Part shown: piece after piece, positions 62,199 through 64,000 of the stretch
How positions within the stretch are numbered: position 1 is the stretch's first letter
How the letters are laid out: each line of letters opens with the position of its first letter
NCBI GenBank assembly: GCA_963727525.1
Contig: CAVSGO010000007.1
Coordinates: 2,301,902 to 2,365,901, forward strand
Length of the DNA stretch: 64,000 nt
Direction: 5' to 3'
DNA from: an uncultured bacterium
GTDB lineage: Bacteria; Krumholzibacteriota; Krumholzibacteriia; LZORAL124-64-63
The notes under the pieces: generated by a model
The model's database searches: none
Told to the model about the DNA's origin: nothing
The model's input: the letters and a program-made list of their open reading frames with translations, nothing else
Translations under genes and position numbers: made by a program

Positions 62199-62585
62199 TC
62201 ACGCCACCGTGATGGCGGGATCGCGATAAACGTCCTGCACGGCCTGGATGATCGCCACCCCGTCACGCATGGGGCGCTGGAAGGCCTTGCGTCCCATGAT
62301 CAGGCCCATGCCGCCGGCGTGCTTGTTGACGACGGCCGTCAGGACGGCGGCGGCCGTGTCGCTGGCCCCGCTGCTGGCGCCGCCGGAGTTGATCAGGCCG
62401 CACTGCCCCAGGTAGCAGTTGGCCACCTGGTAACGGCACATGTCGATCGGGTGGTCACTCGCGAGGTCGCTGTACACGCGCGCATCGGTCTTGCCGAAGC
62501 CGATGTCCTTGAAACCCGCCCGGTTGTGCTCGGGCAGCTTCTGCTTGATGATGTCGGCCCGGATCGTCGCACCCAGGTGGGTGAC
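62199..62585 (-). pseudogene. fbaB: Class I fructose-bisphosphate aldolase C-terminal remnant
   Basis: [47 protein letters not shown]-terminal part absent. Confidence 0.85.
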
Positions 62586-62642
62586 ACGACTAGGCAAGGT
62601 CGTCACCGACGGCCTCCCCCGCACGGCGCGCGGCGGCTGTCG

Positions 62643-63387
62643 TCACATCTTCTCCTTGATCCCCTTGCGCAGCAGCCACCAGTTCACGGGATATGCGGTG
62701 GCGAAGCCGCAGAACATCGCGATCTGCATCATGAACCAGAAGACGGGTTCGGTCTTGGGCAGTTCCACGCCCAGGCCGGAGCGGAAGATCGCGAAGATGG
62801 CGATCGCCATCCAGCCATACATGCCGACCTGCCAGGCCGTCAGGGAGAGGACGTCGGCTTTGGCCGCCTGCATCAGCGCCTTCCCGGGCGGGAGATCGCG
62901 CATGGGTTTGATGGTGAAGTACTGGAAGGCGATGCCCACGAGCAGGGCGAGCAGGAAATCGAGTGCCCAGGTGCCGAACGTCTTCTCGCCGAAGAGCCGC
63001 CAGTCGATCGTGAGTCCGAACACCGAGATGGCCGGTACGACCATCACGAACCATTCCGCGACCAGATCGGCGACGGTGCAAGCCGCTGCCGCAATGCGTC
63101 GCGGCGAGTCCGGTGCTCGTGGCAAAGGCTCGCCCTTTCCAAGGGGGAGCTTCCCCGCGCGCCTTCGCGCGTTGCGTGGCCTGACGCGTGGCCTTCGTCC
63201 CGGTGGCGAAGTAGGCCCAGAGCGCGAAGGGTCCGGCCCAGAGGGCCGTGACAGGCCAGACCACGTTCATGATCGTCATGTGCTGTCGATGACCCAGGAC
63301 GTGCACGAGGATGACCAGGCTGCACACGCCCGCCACCACCAGCGAAGCGGCGGCCACGGTCACCAGGGTCGGAGGCAGGGCGGGCAT
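62643..63387 (-). pseudogene. DUF4396-like membrane protein, frameshifted near 63080
   Basis: QHMTIMNVVWP...HCGSG, then a shift to CTVADLVAEW...FQYFTIKPMR...AYPVNWWLLRKGIKEKM. Confidence 0.8.
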
Positions 63388-63427
63388 GAGGTTCCCTTTC
63401 TGCTGTATGCCGCGCTCAGGCTAGGGC

Positions 63428-64000
63428 TGTCCCTCCTTAAAACCCCGTCGGCGTTGCCACGACCAGAGTTACGACTTCACGAGTAGACCACAAACCGACG
63501 CTCGAAACCGTCGCTGCGGACCAATTCCCTGGGCCTGCAGTTAGCCGCGCAAACGGCCGATCCCGCCCAGCGCCCAACATCATCGTCGAATTCCTGCGCG
63601 ACCTCCTGCGCCCCCGCGGCGACCTGCTGCTGGAGAACCTGGCCCTGCGCCAGCAGATCCTCGTCCTGCAGCGCACCAACCCCAAGCCCCCATTCAACAA
63701 CGCCGACCGCGCGTTCTGGGTCCTGCTCTGCCGCTGGTGGGCGGGCTGGCGCCGACCGCTGCGCCTGGTCCAGCCCGAGACCGTGATCGGCTGGCACCGC
63801 AGGGGCTGGCGGCTGTGGTGGCGGCGGAAGAGCCGGCCAAGCGGGCCGGCCCCGCGTGCCGTGGGAGGTGATCGAACTCATCCGGCGCATCTCGCGGGAG
63901 AACCCCACCTGGGGCGCGCCGCGCATCCACGGCGAACTGATGATGCTGGGCCACTTTGTCAGCGAGGCGACCGTCGCGCGTTACATGGTCAAGCGACGAC
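63428..64000 (+). mobile_element. IS481-like element, third copy, running off the right edge
   Basis: tgtccctccttaaaaccccgtcggc end; ENLALRQQ...WGAPRIHGEL; the ATG seen in the 45099 copy is altered. Confidence 0.88.

Overview
High-GC accessory region. Ten FlgD-Ig/T9SS-like C-terminal tails and a 'TWGxIK' tail suggest a Krumholzibacteriota/Latescibacterota/Eisenbacteria-type bacterium (inference). Intact genes: seven large secreted FlgD-tailed proteins (beta-propellers, a HExxH metalloprotease, a delta-60 repeat protein, a lipase-like hydrolase), a YcaQ glycosylase, two DUF6036-like nucleotidyltransferases, a TetR-RibD_C-VOC operon, MscS, an AhpD-like protein, a DCC-LMF fusion, an SDR, a cytochrome P460-like protein, a methyltransferase, two divergent Ser/Thr kinase-PD40 proteins, Ku-LigD and YciF. 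Between them is a dense mosaic of gene fragments, several fused at short microhomologies, plus one complete IS1380, three IS481-like copies and at least eight IS91/ISCR-like remnants. Leading candidates for something new: (i) a CxxC/PPPRGP leader ORF upstream of a secreted Cys/His/Met tandem-repeat protein; (ii) an orphan structured non-coding region resembling an IS110 bridge-RNA end; (iii) a duplicated 377-bp unit carrying a C-terminal sorting tail; (iv) the microhomology-joined mosaic associated with IS91 remnants and NHEJ genes. All family calls come from motif recognition by eye; no database searches were run.
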